Source: the human T2T-CHM13v2.0 reference genome, Homo sapiens
NCBI RefSeq assembly: GCF_009914755.1
Contig: NC_060932.1
Length of the DNA: 64,000 nt
Reading direction: 5' to 3' (one strand)
Below are positions 1 through 18,371 of this stretch, in pieces. Numbering within the stretch: the first letter of the stretch is position 1; the number at the start of each line of letters is the position of its first letter. The position numbers and the translations under genes are program-made. Below the pieces are notes generated by a model. That model ran no database searches. It saw only the letters and a program-made list of their open reading frames with translations, and was not told where the DNA came from.

Positions 1-614
1 CTGAGTATTGTAAAATTGCCAATGGTAGTTGAAGAGGGGGATCGGGCAGCTGTGGGACCCCCATCTCTTTTTCTCCAGCAAAAGGAAACTGAAAACACAG
101 GAAACAGGGTGCAAGCACTGGCTACTGCAGGAGCACCCAACACAGCAGAACACATTGACATGAACCCATAGTCTCTACCTCCAAGTATTCCAATCTCTTT
201 CCCCAGAAACACACAGTAGAACAACTCAAATCCACAGGTATGTTTCTTCACCTTCATTTCTCTCCCTGAAGGCTTTAATCTTAACGTGCCTACTCTAAAA
301 TCCACTTTCCCTTTATTTTTCTCTTCCCAAGTCCCTATTTCTTCTTTTTAAAATTATGCCCAAAAGAAATGACTTGAAATTCCCACACACCTGAGAAAAC
401 AATTCTCATAACTGAAGTACAGACTCACATTATTTAACATGTGCTAGAATGCTGCATAGGCTGGGAGAAGTGACTTTACCATTCAAGGACTTGAACTTTT
501 TAGAATTTCCATTTGTATCATAATTATTTTTTTAATTCAGATGGATTTATAGTCCATATATCCATTCAGACTCAAGGCAATTTGACTGTATAACCTGGAC
601 AGATCTCTTAATTT

Positions 615-1165
615 TTTAAATCATCTTAATCATGTGTAAATGTATACAGTGGTGTTAAGTATATTCACATCATCGTGCAACAGATCTCTCAGAACTTTTG
701 CTAAAGTATTAATAGAGCTCTAAATCCATTAAAGAACAACCCCCTCCCAATTTTCCCCTTCCCTTGGCCCCTGGCAACAACTATTCTACTTTTTGTTTCT
801 ATGAATTTGACTCTCATATAAGTGGAACTATATAGTATTTGTCTTTTTGCCACTAGCTTATTTTCACTTAGCATAATATCCTCAAGGCTAATTCATGTTG
901 TGTGTCAGACTTTCCTTCCTTTTTAAGGCTGAATAATATTATATAGATATATAGATATCACATATTGATTATCCTTCTGCTGATGAACACTTGGCTTGCT
1001 TCCGCCTCTTGGCTATTGTGAATATGCTGCTATGAACACTGGAGTGTAAATATTTCTTCAAGACTCTGCTTTCAATTATTTTGGATCTATACCAGAATTG
1101 GGATTGTTGGATCATATGATAACTCTATTTTTAATTTTTTAAGGAACTATCATACTGTTTTCTCT
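615..1165 (-). mobile_element. Old L1M 3' fragment
   Basis: Motifs such as ccctggcaac..ctattctact, gctgctatgaacact and gggattgttggatcatatg are typical of antisense L1MA/MB. Confidence 0.7.
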
Positions 1166-1916
1166 TGCCCAAATCCTTTCATCCTTTGGAATCTGGGCTT
1201 CCTTGCCTGCCAAATTATCATTTTCACAAATGAGGTTAAATGAGATGATCTCTAGGAAACATCTTGGCTTGAATAGTACCCCTGGAGAGAACCTCAGCCA
1301 ACCAGGCCAGTATGCCCCCTTCTCCGTATGATCAAGTCTTTGCAATGGAAAAACTTCTGATCCTTATTCTCCAAAACGATTTTCAATATAGATCTTACAT
1401 TTGTCTGTCACCAAACTCCCAATTCACTGCTAACATTTCTAGATTGTCTTTAAAGAAAAAAGCAGAGCCAAATGTGTGGATTTGATTGCTTTTTCCCCAC
1501 CAAGGGGCCTTAGAAGGTGAGCTCACCTGGGGTTACATGGCTTGCAGACTCACCTCCGATATCAAGAGTTCTACCAAAAGGGAGAAACTCAACTGCACAG
1601 AGCCTTCTGAGTCAGGAGAAAATAGAAAGTGGCACTTCTTTTGGTGAATATCAAAATGGATACCATTCATCTCACATCATTTCTCTCACTGAACTTATTA
1701 GTGATCATATCACCCAACTGTGAAATTCTAAGAAGTAGCCACAGTTTATGAAATACCCAAAACTGACATCTACTTTCACAAATGCAGTAAGATATTTTTC
1801 CTGATGAAGTAGAACTGCAATTAGCCCCTGATTTTACCAACAGTGGCTCCAACCCCAAACCCAGAGAGAGAGACTTCTTGCCACTGAAAAGGGCCAAATA
1901 TCTCTGGTCTTTCGAT

Positions 1917-2080
1917 CCTTGCTGCTCAAAATGTGGCCCTTGGATTAGCAGCAATGGACTCCCCTGGGAGCATATTAGAAACACAAACTTTCAGTTCAAA
2001 GCCAGGTTTATAGAAACAGAATCTGCATCTTGACAAGATCCCCTGAGAGTCTCACACACATTCAGGTTTCAGAAGGACTG
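1917..2080. mobile_element. MER5A-like DNA transposon remnant
   Basis: ctcaaaatgtggccc...cagaatctgcatcttgacaagatcccc. Confidence 0.65.
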
Positions 2081-3271
2081 TTTCAGACCACATAGATAAC
2101 AGAATTCACAGCAATGTGAGAGGAGAGATCAATAAAACCCTATTTGAAAACTCTACCATAAATGCTACTAAAAAGGCTGATCTCTGTTATTTGTGGGTGG
2201 GCTGAATAAATCAATATGCACCCACTGTCTTTTCCACAGTGAGGCACTAAAACCCTTTGTTTTGCAGTTAGACCCAAAATGGGTTTGTTTCCCAGCCTGG
2301 TAGATGAATTTGTCTTAGAGGCCAAAAATGACCACCACACAGCTGATCAAAATTCAATCATTACTGTTGTACAGAAGACATATCTGTGGCACAAATTAAC
2401 TGTCTCAAACACACACAAAACTCATGAGCATCCTAACAAGAAGCTGATGCTCTGTGGTCTTCCACTCATGGCGCCACATCATTCAATGTGATCTGTGTGT
2501 CCTGGAATCAACCCCTCAAATCCCTCAATCATCATTCAGCCTCATGTTAGTTTTCAGTGGAGATTATTTTTTATTTATTCATGATTTGCACAGACACTAC
2601 TTCCAAAAAGGATTTTTTGTGGTTTACAGAGGTAAACACATTGTAAACAAGACAAGCAAAATTAAAGCAGCATTTTAAAATGGGTTACAAGTCTTAGGAG
2701 GCAATGTGTATTCCCACTCTCAATGTCTCCTTTCTTACCTTCTCTCTGCCGCCACTGCTCCTCCTCAGGAAGGAAGAAGGGGATTAATGTGACTGATGAA
2801 TTTGGAATAAACCGGGCATGCTCAGCACAGCTCCTCTTTTTTGCCTCTTGGGAGTAAGTATGCACGCAGGGAGTGAAACTTTAGTCCTGCTCATTCCTGG
2901 CATAAGTACCACCGAGACACCACCGCCACCCCCTACTCCACATGGGAGACCCCAGGCAGGCACACTGCTTGGGTCCAGCATTGCCCATGGCTAGATGGCC
3001 AAGCCTATTTATTTCTGCTTTTATTAGAAAGTCCACTTGCACAAAGATATGAGCTACATTCTGCAACCTCACTTCTATCGGTTTTTAAAAGTGATATTTT
3101 GGCCTCCATGTGCTCCCTTTGTCATATTTCTCAATTAACTCAGAACTCAAGGTGGGGAAAGAGGTGCTATTTACTGAGCCTCTTTAAAATCCCAACAAAA
3201 AGAATCAGAAAAACTAATGCTACAGAGTGCTTAGAATAGTTGCTAATACTGGTCAGAAAAAAACAGTTCTG

Positions 3272-3575
3272 GGCCAGGCGCAGTGGCTCACGCCTATAAT
3301 CCTAGCATTTTGGGAGGCCGAGGTGGGCAGATCACCTGAGGTCAGGTGTTTGAGACCAGCCTGGCCAACATGGAGAAACCCCATCTCTACTAAAAATACA
3401 AAAATTTGCCAGGCATGGTGGCAGGCACTTGTAGTCCCAGATACTCAGGGAGACTGAGACAGGAGAATCGCTTGAACCCGGGAGGTGGAGGTTGCAGTGA
3501 GCCAAGATTGCACTACTGAACTCCAGCCTGGGTGGCAGAGCAAGACTCCATCTCAAAAACAAAACAAAACAAAAC
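3272..3575 (+). mobile_element. AluS
   Basis: Dimeric Alu with A-tail; TSD aaaacagttct. Confidence 0.92.
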
Positions 3576-4142
3576 AGTTCTGTATTTTCTGCGTACTAGG
3601 GCAACCGTGTGAACATGACTGGTGTGGTCGATATGACGGGAGTCATTCAGCACTCACTCCACCCTCCTCTCACCTGTCTTCCTCTCCCATATAGCCTGGA
3701 AAATCTAAAATCTGCCTTCTCAAAATCACGTTAACTGGAATAGGCCAGGTGACTCCGTTTGGCCAATAGGACATCCTCTAGAGGAAACAGGTACTGCCTC
3801 CTCCACTTTTCCCTTCTTCTGTGGGAACAGGTGAGTGATAACTGAGACACAGCAGTTGTCACTAAGAACAGCCCAGGAGGAAGAGCCCAGGGACCTGGCA
3901 GCACTCAAGGCTGTACCAGCCCCTGACTGCCCACCCCAGCTGGCTTATAACTCAAGACAAAGAAACCCCTAACTTGTCAAACCACTGGTACACATGGTTA
4001 TATGGTTCCAGAGAACACTGAACTGAAAGATACATATATGTATCTTTCATTGTATATATCACTATAAATAAAATTGTATAGATATTGATCTGTAGATTGC
4101 TCTATACAACATTGCAGAAATACTGATCAAGATTGTTCCATA

Positions 4143-4290
4143 GGCTAGTCACAGTGGCTCACACTTGTAATCCCATCACTTTAGGAGGCTCAGGGAAGAG
4201 GATTGCTGTGGTCAGGAGTTCTAGACCAGCCTGGGCAACATAATGAGACCATGTCTCTACAAAAAAATATATTTAAAAAAATTAATAAAG
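4143..4290 (+). mobile_element. FLAM / Alu monomer
   Basis: Left-arm-like monomer with A-rich tail. Confidence 0.75.
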
Positions 4291-4437
4291 TTTAAAAAAA
4301 TATTTTTCCGTACAATATTTCTCATATTCAGAGAAAAAAATCAAAAAGAGCAAAATATATCTATGCATATATTAAAATCATATATGTGTACATAGACATA
4401 TACACACATATATGTGTATATATGCATGTGTATGTAT

Positions 4438-4666
4438 GCACACATGGAATCCCACCTGGTCTTCAAAATGTTATAGCAAGAGAAACAAATGTAGTAATCC
4501 CCAGGCAGAAACAGGCTGGGAGAAGCCAAGGGGTTTGTCTGAAGTCCCATGACCAGTTGTTGGTAGAGTGAAACTAAAATACAATTTTTCTGCCCTTTTC
4601 TGGTGCTCTTTCTAAGGCATGGGGCCAATTCTAGCCCTTCTCTGTCATGTGAAGCCAGGGCTGGCA
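4438..4666 (+). repeat. Dispersed duplicate, copy 1 (of 6283-6512)
   Basis: Near-identical gcacacatggaatcc...agggctggca. Confidence 0.95.
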
Positions 4667-4719
4667 GTTAATAGACATATAATAGACATATATACACATA
4701 TATAATGTTTATATTACTA

Positions 4720-5757
<1,038 letters not shown>

Positions 5758-6282
5758 GCAATAATAATTACTTCCAAGTATGTCCTGAGGCCTGTCCTTG
5801 TTCACCATACATTCCGCCACAGTCCATGAGGACAAATGTAGACCCACAGTGGTGAAATGGCACACCACAAGCCCCTCAAACTTCAAAGGAGCTTTTACTG
5901 TCTTATACTAGGTGCAAATATGCATTACTTAAATGTTCATACATTAAAGAAAGATGATCATCAAATGTTGGCATGGAGAAAGTTCTCATGATAAAACCTT
6001 GAGTCCTGAGAAAATTTAATTAAACCGGTTATAACATTACGAAAACACTGATCAAAATGTTCCTGTTCAATGTTTCCCAGGAGTGCTCTCCTATACAATG
6101 TTTTAATTTCCCATGCAATGTTTCTTTTCTTTTTTCCAATTTTAGAATAGATACATTTAAGGGTTTTCATACTTGGAAAGAGCAAACTATCTCTCACTCC
6201 CCTCTCTGCCCACACCCTAGGATAAGTTTGAATTCTACTTTGACAGAACAGAGCACTGTCCCTTACAGCTTGCAGAACACTC

Positions 6283-6512
6283 GCACACATGGAATCCCAC
6301 CTGGTCTTCAAAATGTTACAGCAAGAGAAACAAATGTAGTAATCCCCAGGTGGAAACAGGCTGGGAGAAGCCAAGGGGTTTGTCTGAAGTCCCATGACCA
6401 GTTGTTGGTAGAGTGAAACTAAAATACAATTTTTCTGCCTCTTTTCCGGTGCTCTTTCTAAGGCATGGGGCCAATTCTAGCCCTTCTCTGTCATGTGAAG
6501 TCAGGGCTGGCA
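6283..6512 (+). repeat. Dispersed duplicate, copy 2 (of 4438-4666)
   Basis: Only a handful of mismatches to copy 1. Confidence 0.95.
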
Positions 6513-6776
6513 ATTAGTGGGACACACTAGGGAGGTGGAAGAGCCAGCACCCACCCTGCTTAACTGATGGCTGAACCATGCCAATCATTATTGATCCTGA
6601 ATATCACCCAATCAGAGTTGTGGCTTTGTATTCTAGATATGCATCCTTCTCTTCCTTTTCCTACCTAGTTCGGCATTCTTACTCTTTTCCCTGTTGAATT
6701 ACAAATGTCTTGCCTCCAAAGGATCACATTTTCTCTCTCTCCTTATATGTAAGATATAATTACAAATTATGGTCTA

Positions 6777-10912
<4,136 letters not shown>

Positions 10913-11899
10913 AAATTATAGTCTAGTTGCTAACCTTGCTTCTTATTAATACCTACAAAGCTTTCTCTATGCTCCTAGTCAATTCTAAGCCTCTCTCCTT
11001 GCAGAAGTTAAGGCATTTAGTGGCTATAAATGCTGCCGTATCTCATCTACGACCACATCTCTTCTACAGTTAAAGCTGCCAGAATGTTAACATAGAACTT
11101 TCAAAAGATTAAGATATACAATTACATTCCATTTCAATGGTTTTTACGTTGCTGCAGATATTTGTTTCTGCTCGTAATTACTAACCTACTACCTGATTTT
11201 TTTCTTTCCTCTGAGGTTATAATGAGAAGTTAGAAAAACGGACAGGAAGATTAAGGAAGGGGTGGGTGGCAAAAAATGTAATGCAATAGAACAGCTTTAT
11301 GAAAAATAAGAAAGACATTTTAATTCGTTATTTATTGGGAAAGGTCTCACATCATAATTGGTCAATACTGCTCATGTTCTAAGGATATAATAGTCTCTAA
11401 TTTGTACAGAGGTAGTCTATCAAACCTACTTTAAACGGTTTAGAGAATAATCTTATTTTGATCATGTTTTGATGACTTTAAGGCAATTCTACATTCTGCA
11501 TTCTTCTGCGCTGTTGGAAAACTCTGTTGAACGTGGCACATCCTGCGGTTACAGTTGGTTCTCAGGGCTTCTTGCCAAAGAGCCATGCACTGTAGAAGGA
11601 AGCTCGAGGGCCCTGGGGTCAGAAAGTCATGGGGTTGAGGCCCTTAGTAAGTCACTTAAACTCTCTGAGACTGTTTCCTCATCTGTAACATAGGGAAAAT
11701 AATCTCCATCTTATAAGGTCATTGAGAACATTAAGTGAAATAATATATCTAAGATTTCTGATACTCAAACTACTGTAGCTCCTACTGAGATCCATTTAAT
11801 AGAAAGCAGAATTCTCCCAGGTTTCTTAAAGAATGTGTTCTAACGCATTCATCATTTTTTTTTTTTTAAAAAAAAAAGCAATTTAATCAGTATCTTTAA

Positions 11900-12210
<311 letters not shown>

Positions 12211-12659
12211 AAAGAAGGAGGAAAGAAAATGAATACCATTTCTATTCTTTTCCTTCCCTTGCACATGTCACTTTCCACCCCTACCTTGCACTGGCGGTAT
12301 TGCTTTACACTAAAAACACCTCAAATGCTGGGACTGTGTCTCACTTTTGGTCTTCCCAAAACTAGCAGAGTACCTAGCACAGAATATGCATTTCATATGC
12401 ACTTGCTATTTTTCTTCTGGATGGGCAACCACTACCAGAAAAGTTAAATCTCAGGGCTGTTGTTAGTGGATGTTCTCCCTTTCGATAGGGTTCTGCCTGT
12501 AATTTTGACAAAGCAAGTCTGTATTGATGCTACCAAAAGTGGGATGAAAGAGAGATCCAAGTTTTCAAAGTAAATAGAGGCAAAGATCAGCAAGAATATG
12601 AAAAACAACTGGGATATTTACACAGAGCCCAGGTATCACTGTACAGATTGATCATTATT

Positions 12660-13630
<971 letters not shown>

Positions 13631-13954
13631 ACAGAGAGGCAAGATGGTAAGCAAGCTATTCTTCTCTACCCAGAAAGGAAATTTCTTTCTCTTGCATGTA
13701 GTGATAAAAATAAGTTATAAAACTCTTTTTCTGACCCATTGAACCAGTTAGTGGGGATTACTGAGGACTCAAACACCCCTCTATAACAGCTTTTGGGGAC
13801 AGTAAACATACTGAGGACAAAGCATAGCCCTCTTATATTGGATATCATTTACACCGTCCTTTGAAAATCTTACTATTCCCAAATCAAGAATCCTATCAGC
13901 ACATTGCTAATAAATTGCTAAATATAGCTAGTATTTGCTTATTTATCATTTTAA

Positions 13955-14080
13955 TTTTTTTAAGAGATGGGGTCTCACTATGTTTCCCAGGCTGGTCTCA
14001 AGTCCCTGGGTTCAAGCAATCCTCCTGCCTCAGCCTCCCGAGTAGCTGGGACTACAGGCACACACCACCACACCCAGCTT
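13955..14080 (-). mobile_element. FLAM / Alu monomer
   Basis: Antisense monomer. Confidence 0.75.
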
Positions 14081-14604
14081 CCATTTCAGTTTTTTCAGTA
14101 AAGTAAAATCCTTTAGCTTGTTTAGGTTGCACTCCAGTACAGAAATAGAAAAACAAAAATCTCATCTGGTATGACAGCCATTGATCCTTCTTATGGGTTC
14201 AAATCCATCCCTTAGAAGTTCAGTTTTTAAGAACCAGCTACTACAGGGAGGTGCTAACAACCTCAAATTTCTAGGATGTAAATTTTCATACCCTCTGCAA
14301 CTGCTGCCTGGCCTCAGATGAGCCCCCTGTACTTAACTCAAGCACCCCTGTCCACTGATGCTGACTTATGCAAGTCAACACACCAAATCCCACAGCCACG
14401 GCTTTTCAGAAAAATAGGAATGGATTCTTCTCCCAAGTTCATACAATTGAGGGTTTTTGACAGCAATAAAAATAGCTTTGGATAAACCTTATAACCTGTG
14501 GTGTTGCTTCTTCATAAAGGTAAGCCAGTCATTTGACATTATTCAAATTTTTGTTGTTGTTTTTAGATAGTGGTGCAGGTGACGTATAAGAAAAACAGGT
14601 ATGA

Positions 14605-14870
14605 ATCCCAGCACTTTGGGAGACCAAGGAGGGTGGATCACCTGAGGTCAAGAGTTCAAGACCAGCCTGACAAACATGGTGAAACCCCATCTCTACAAAA
14701 ATTAGCCAGGCATGATGGGTACCTGTGATCCCAGCTACTCGGGGGCTGAGGCAGAAGAATCACTTGAACCCAGGAGGCGGAGGTTGCAGTGAGCTGAGAT
14801 CATGCCATTGCACTCCAGCCTGGGTGACAGAGCAAGACTCCATCTTAAAAAGAAAAAAAAAAAAAGAAAA
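14605..14870 (+). mobile_element. 5'-truncated AluS
   Basis: TSD aagaaa(a/c)acaggtatgaa on both sides. Confidence 0.88.
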
Positions 14871-15352
14871 GAAACACAGGTATGAAGGCAATAAAGCATG
14901 ATGTATGTAGTCTGGCCACGCCACCATCCCTGCTGCTCTGGACAGAAATCAGAAGCAGCAGCAGATAGAAGCAGAAAATCATCAAAACTTTACACATGAG
15001 GTACTGCTATTCCTTCCTCAACAAGTGTATTAGAATATAAACTTGACAAATTGGAGCTTTTCCATAGGTAGGTAGCAACAGAGAGAAGCATCACCCCACA
15101 GTTTAAAGTTTATGTTACTTGGGAAAAGACAAACATGAAGTATGAGTCTGAAAATTAGTTTCAAGAACTCTCAACTAATTGATTCTCTCCCAAACTGAAA
15201 ACACACTACAGCAAGGCTAAAACGTAAAATAAAGTGAACTTTAATCTATAATATACATGAAAATGTGAAAGAACATGTTTCCTTTTGATTTTTGTAAGGA
15301 AAGTAAGTTTCAGTGTGAGTGAAACATATCTGAGAGAACAGGAAAGTCTTAC

Positions 15353-16259
15353 CTAGGTACAAGGAGGAGTTTTCTTTCTTGACATTGTCATCTAAGTAGG
15401 TTGGTCCCAGGGTATAAATAGGTGTGGAGCCCATTCCAATGAGAATCTGCGCGCAAATGAATAAAGCCACGTAGACCCAGTGATTATTTCCTCCCGAGTC
15501 CTTCGGACAGGCCGGAGGCTCCAAAGTGGCGGTGGAGTTGCCACCCTGACACAGGCCGTCGTTGGGGGCCGAGGCGTTCAACTCTTGGATCTGGTAGGGG
15601 GGCGAGATGAAGTGAGGTAAGGCGAAGAGGGCTGCCCCGAAGGCGATGAGGAGTCCACCCACGGCCAGCCACAGGGGCCGCCGACCCCGGCCGCCGAAGT
15701 AGCTGACGAACACCACCACCACCAGGTTCCCGATGTCAAAGCAGCTGACCAGCAGCCCCGACTCGGAACTCTTCAGACTGTAGCGCCTTTCAATGGTGGT
15801 AATTACGCTGCTCAGGTACCCAGAGACCATTAACGCCTGGATGAAGGTCAGAAAGCACATGCACACCAGGAAGCAACGGGAATCCGTGAGGACCACGTAG
15901 AGGCACCTTCTCTCCTGGAGCATGGCCAAGGCGGAGGACACCGAGAAGGTTTTGCTGAGGTCCACCCTGTGGTTACAGTCCCCGAGCCCCGCCGAAGTGG
16001 ACGGGGCAGAGGGACTGGGGGCCAACGGGTTCGGGCCTTGCTTCAACTCCTGGTGGCCCGAAGAATCCACACAGCCAAAGGCCGGGTTGGCGTCTCCACT
16101 AGTGGGACTGAGGCTTGGCCGGCAGGAGGCGCTGCTGAGGACCGGTAAACTCTTAGACCTGAGGGTCTCCGGCTCGCACCTCTCTTGGACAGCTTCTGCA
16201 GTGGCCGGCGCCTCCAGCTGCTCTCCCGCCCCGGGCTGCAGTCCAGTGCCTTCGTCCAT
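15353..16259 (-). CDS. SLCO5A1: SLCO5A1 / OATP5A1 first coding exon segment (302 codons + 1 nt); the rest of the gene lies left of the window
   Basis: Translation [10 protein letters not shown]...[32 protein letters not shown]...[26 protein letters not shown] has hallmark OATP motifs. Start context is GCCATGG. Donor CTAG|GTAAGA at 15353/15352. Confidence 0.96.
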
Positions 16260-16755
16260 GGCGCTTAGAATTCAGATTTGATAGCTGATGGCACCCAAGC
16301 ACTCCGGCACGTTTCATCCACCGGCACGAGGGGCCGAAGCCGGGCCCAGTCAGTCTTGCCCACCTGGGACTGGGGCTGGGGGCGCAGGGCCGCGCAGCAG
16401 GGCATCCTCACCAGCTGCGAGGCGCCCAGTGCATCCTGATCACAGACACGGCTTCAAGGCTCCGCAGCCGCGTGCCACAGGGGGCAGGGGTCCGCGCGGT
16501 ACTGCGATGAGCCCTACTCGGCGTCCCTCTCCGGGCGGTAGCTTGAGGCAGGCGCCTCGCGCGTCCCGGGCTCATCCCCTCCGCCGCCGCCGCCGCCGCC
16601 GCCGCTGGGCCCGCGGCCAGGAGCGAGTGCACCCTGCGCCGGGGGTGGGGGGGCACTTAGCGCTGCTGTCCGTACAGCATCCCACCTCGCTGCGCCAGGG
16701 GTACCGGGTGTTCGCCGCCTGGGCTCGCGGCACCCTCGGGAGTGAAGCTGCCGAC
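16260..16755 (-). other. SLCO5A1: 5'UTR part of the SLCO5A1 coding exon
   Basis: Minus-strand acceptor CTGAC..CCCTCTTTCTGCTTTGCAG|G at 16756/16755 with branch-point-like CTGAC and a pyrimidine tract. Confidence 0.8.
16581..16605 (-). repeat. (CGG)8 trinucleotide repeat in the 5'UTR
   Basis: (ccg)8 read directly on +. Confidence 0.95.
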
Positions 16756-17671
16756 CTGCAAAGCAGAAAGAGGGCGGTCAGCGAAGAGCGGCTGCGGCTT
16801 GGGGCTAGCGTCCCAGCGCCCCGGGGACCAGGGTTAGGTGACCCCGAACCGTCCCTAGAGGGACGGAGGAGCTAGTCAGGAGCGGAGCCCCGGAGGACTA
16901 GGCAGCAGCCGGCTGCAGTCTCCAGTCCCGGAACAATAAGCAGCAGGCGGTCGGCGGAGACTCTCCCTCATTGTCTGCCGCGGACCTGCCCCCGTCCCGC
17001 CCCTTCTGCCTTAAACATTGCGTTTGCTTTTATATGTTAATAATTATCAACCTGGCAGCTCTGACTCAGAGGCAGTGTCTTTTAATCGAGTGAACTAACT
17101 GCAGCCTTTCCGTACTCCTACTCCATTACTCAAAATAGAAAATGCCCAAAAGAACAAAGGAAACTTTTTCACAGACACACAATGTATTCCCTGTCCCAAT
17201 TTTTCTAAAAGGAAAAAAGAAGGTGGGGGTAAACTACGTGTGTAGAAATGTGTGTGCACACTGGTGTGCGTTGGCACGTGTGCGCGACTAGATTTGAATC
17301 TGTCTGCTCCACCAGAGACACACATTCAAAGCCGAAGGCAGCAGCAAAAAGGTCAACATGCTTGCCTCTTTATTCCCAACACCAAAAATAACCCCCTGAC
17401 CGAAAGAACTCTTCAATTACAAATACCAGGGGCATTCGAGGCTGTGGCCCGCACTAAGTCCCAGAGCGCGGTATCAAACGAAACCGAAAATCCGTCTGCT
17501 TTGCCGAGAGCTAGGGAAGCCACAACCAAACAAAGAGATCCCGGCACGCTGTCAGAGAGCGCGCGAGGAGCCCACGGAGCCGGCTGGGCGCACGCGGGCC
17601 GGCGGGGAGGTGTGCTATTGACTGAGCGCACCCCGCTAGCGTGGGCCTGGGGAGCGTGTGCGCGTGCGCGG

Positions 17672-17672
<1 letters not shown>

Positions 17673-17715
<43 letters not shown>
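17673..17715. repeat. (CA)n microsatellite
   Basis: Direct reading; preceded by an alternating GCGTGTGCGCGTGCGCG tract. Confidence 0.95.
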
Positions 17716-17716
<1 letters not shown>

Positions 17717-18319
17717 GGCGTACTGGAACCTCTCTCGCGATCCCGCACCCAGCTTGAATTCAGCAAGAATCGAAAACAGGTGTGCCCCCGTGGTAAGACC
17801 CCGCCCCTAATCTTGGGGACCCCCACTCCACTCCTCCAGCCTGGGGCAAGGACGGGGGGCGGAATATGCACCAGGTGGGAGACAGCCGAGCTTCACTACA
17901 CTGGGTTTCATTTTGCAGCGCGCCTTTGTGATGCTGCTGAGAAAAGAAAGGAGGAAGGGCAAGGGAGAAAGGCAGAGAGGCTGGGCGGCCAAGGGTGGCC
18001 GCTCCGGCATCTCCCTCGGCTGTGCTGGGCCAAACCCGCTCCCAGATTCCCGGCCTGCCAGCCACTCACAATCCCGGGCTTCCCCGCCGCTGCCTTACCC
18101 AGGCGCCTTCCCGGGGAACCCCACCAGCCGCTGCGTGAGGAGCCGGGGAATCCCAGCAAACTCTCGCCGCTCGCGGGGGGCGTCCGAACCCCCTGCTTAG
18201 GCGAGCGCCCTCACAGCATCGCAGACTCGGATGGACACGCGGATCCCGGCAGGGAGCTCTTGGAGCAGGCGTGGAATCCCAGGGACACCCCCTGCGCGCA
18301 CATCACATACACGCACATC

Positions 18320-18321
<2 letters not shown>

Positions 18322-18369
<48 letters not shown>
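18322..18369. repeat. (CA)n microsatellite
   Basis: Direct reading. Confidence 0.95.

Positions 18370-18371
<2 letters not shown>

Noticed and set aside
16288-16875. 195-aa antisense ORF with poly-Arg
   Set aside because: Shadow of the GC-rich 5'UTR and the CCG repeat.
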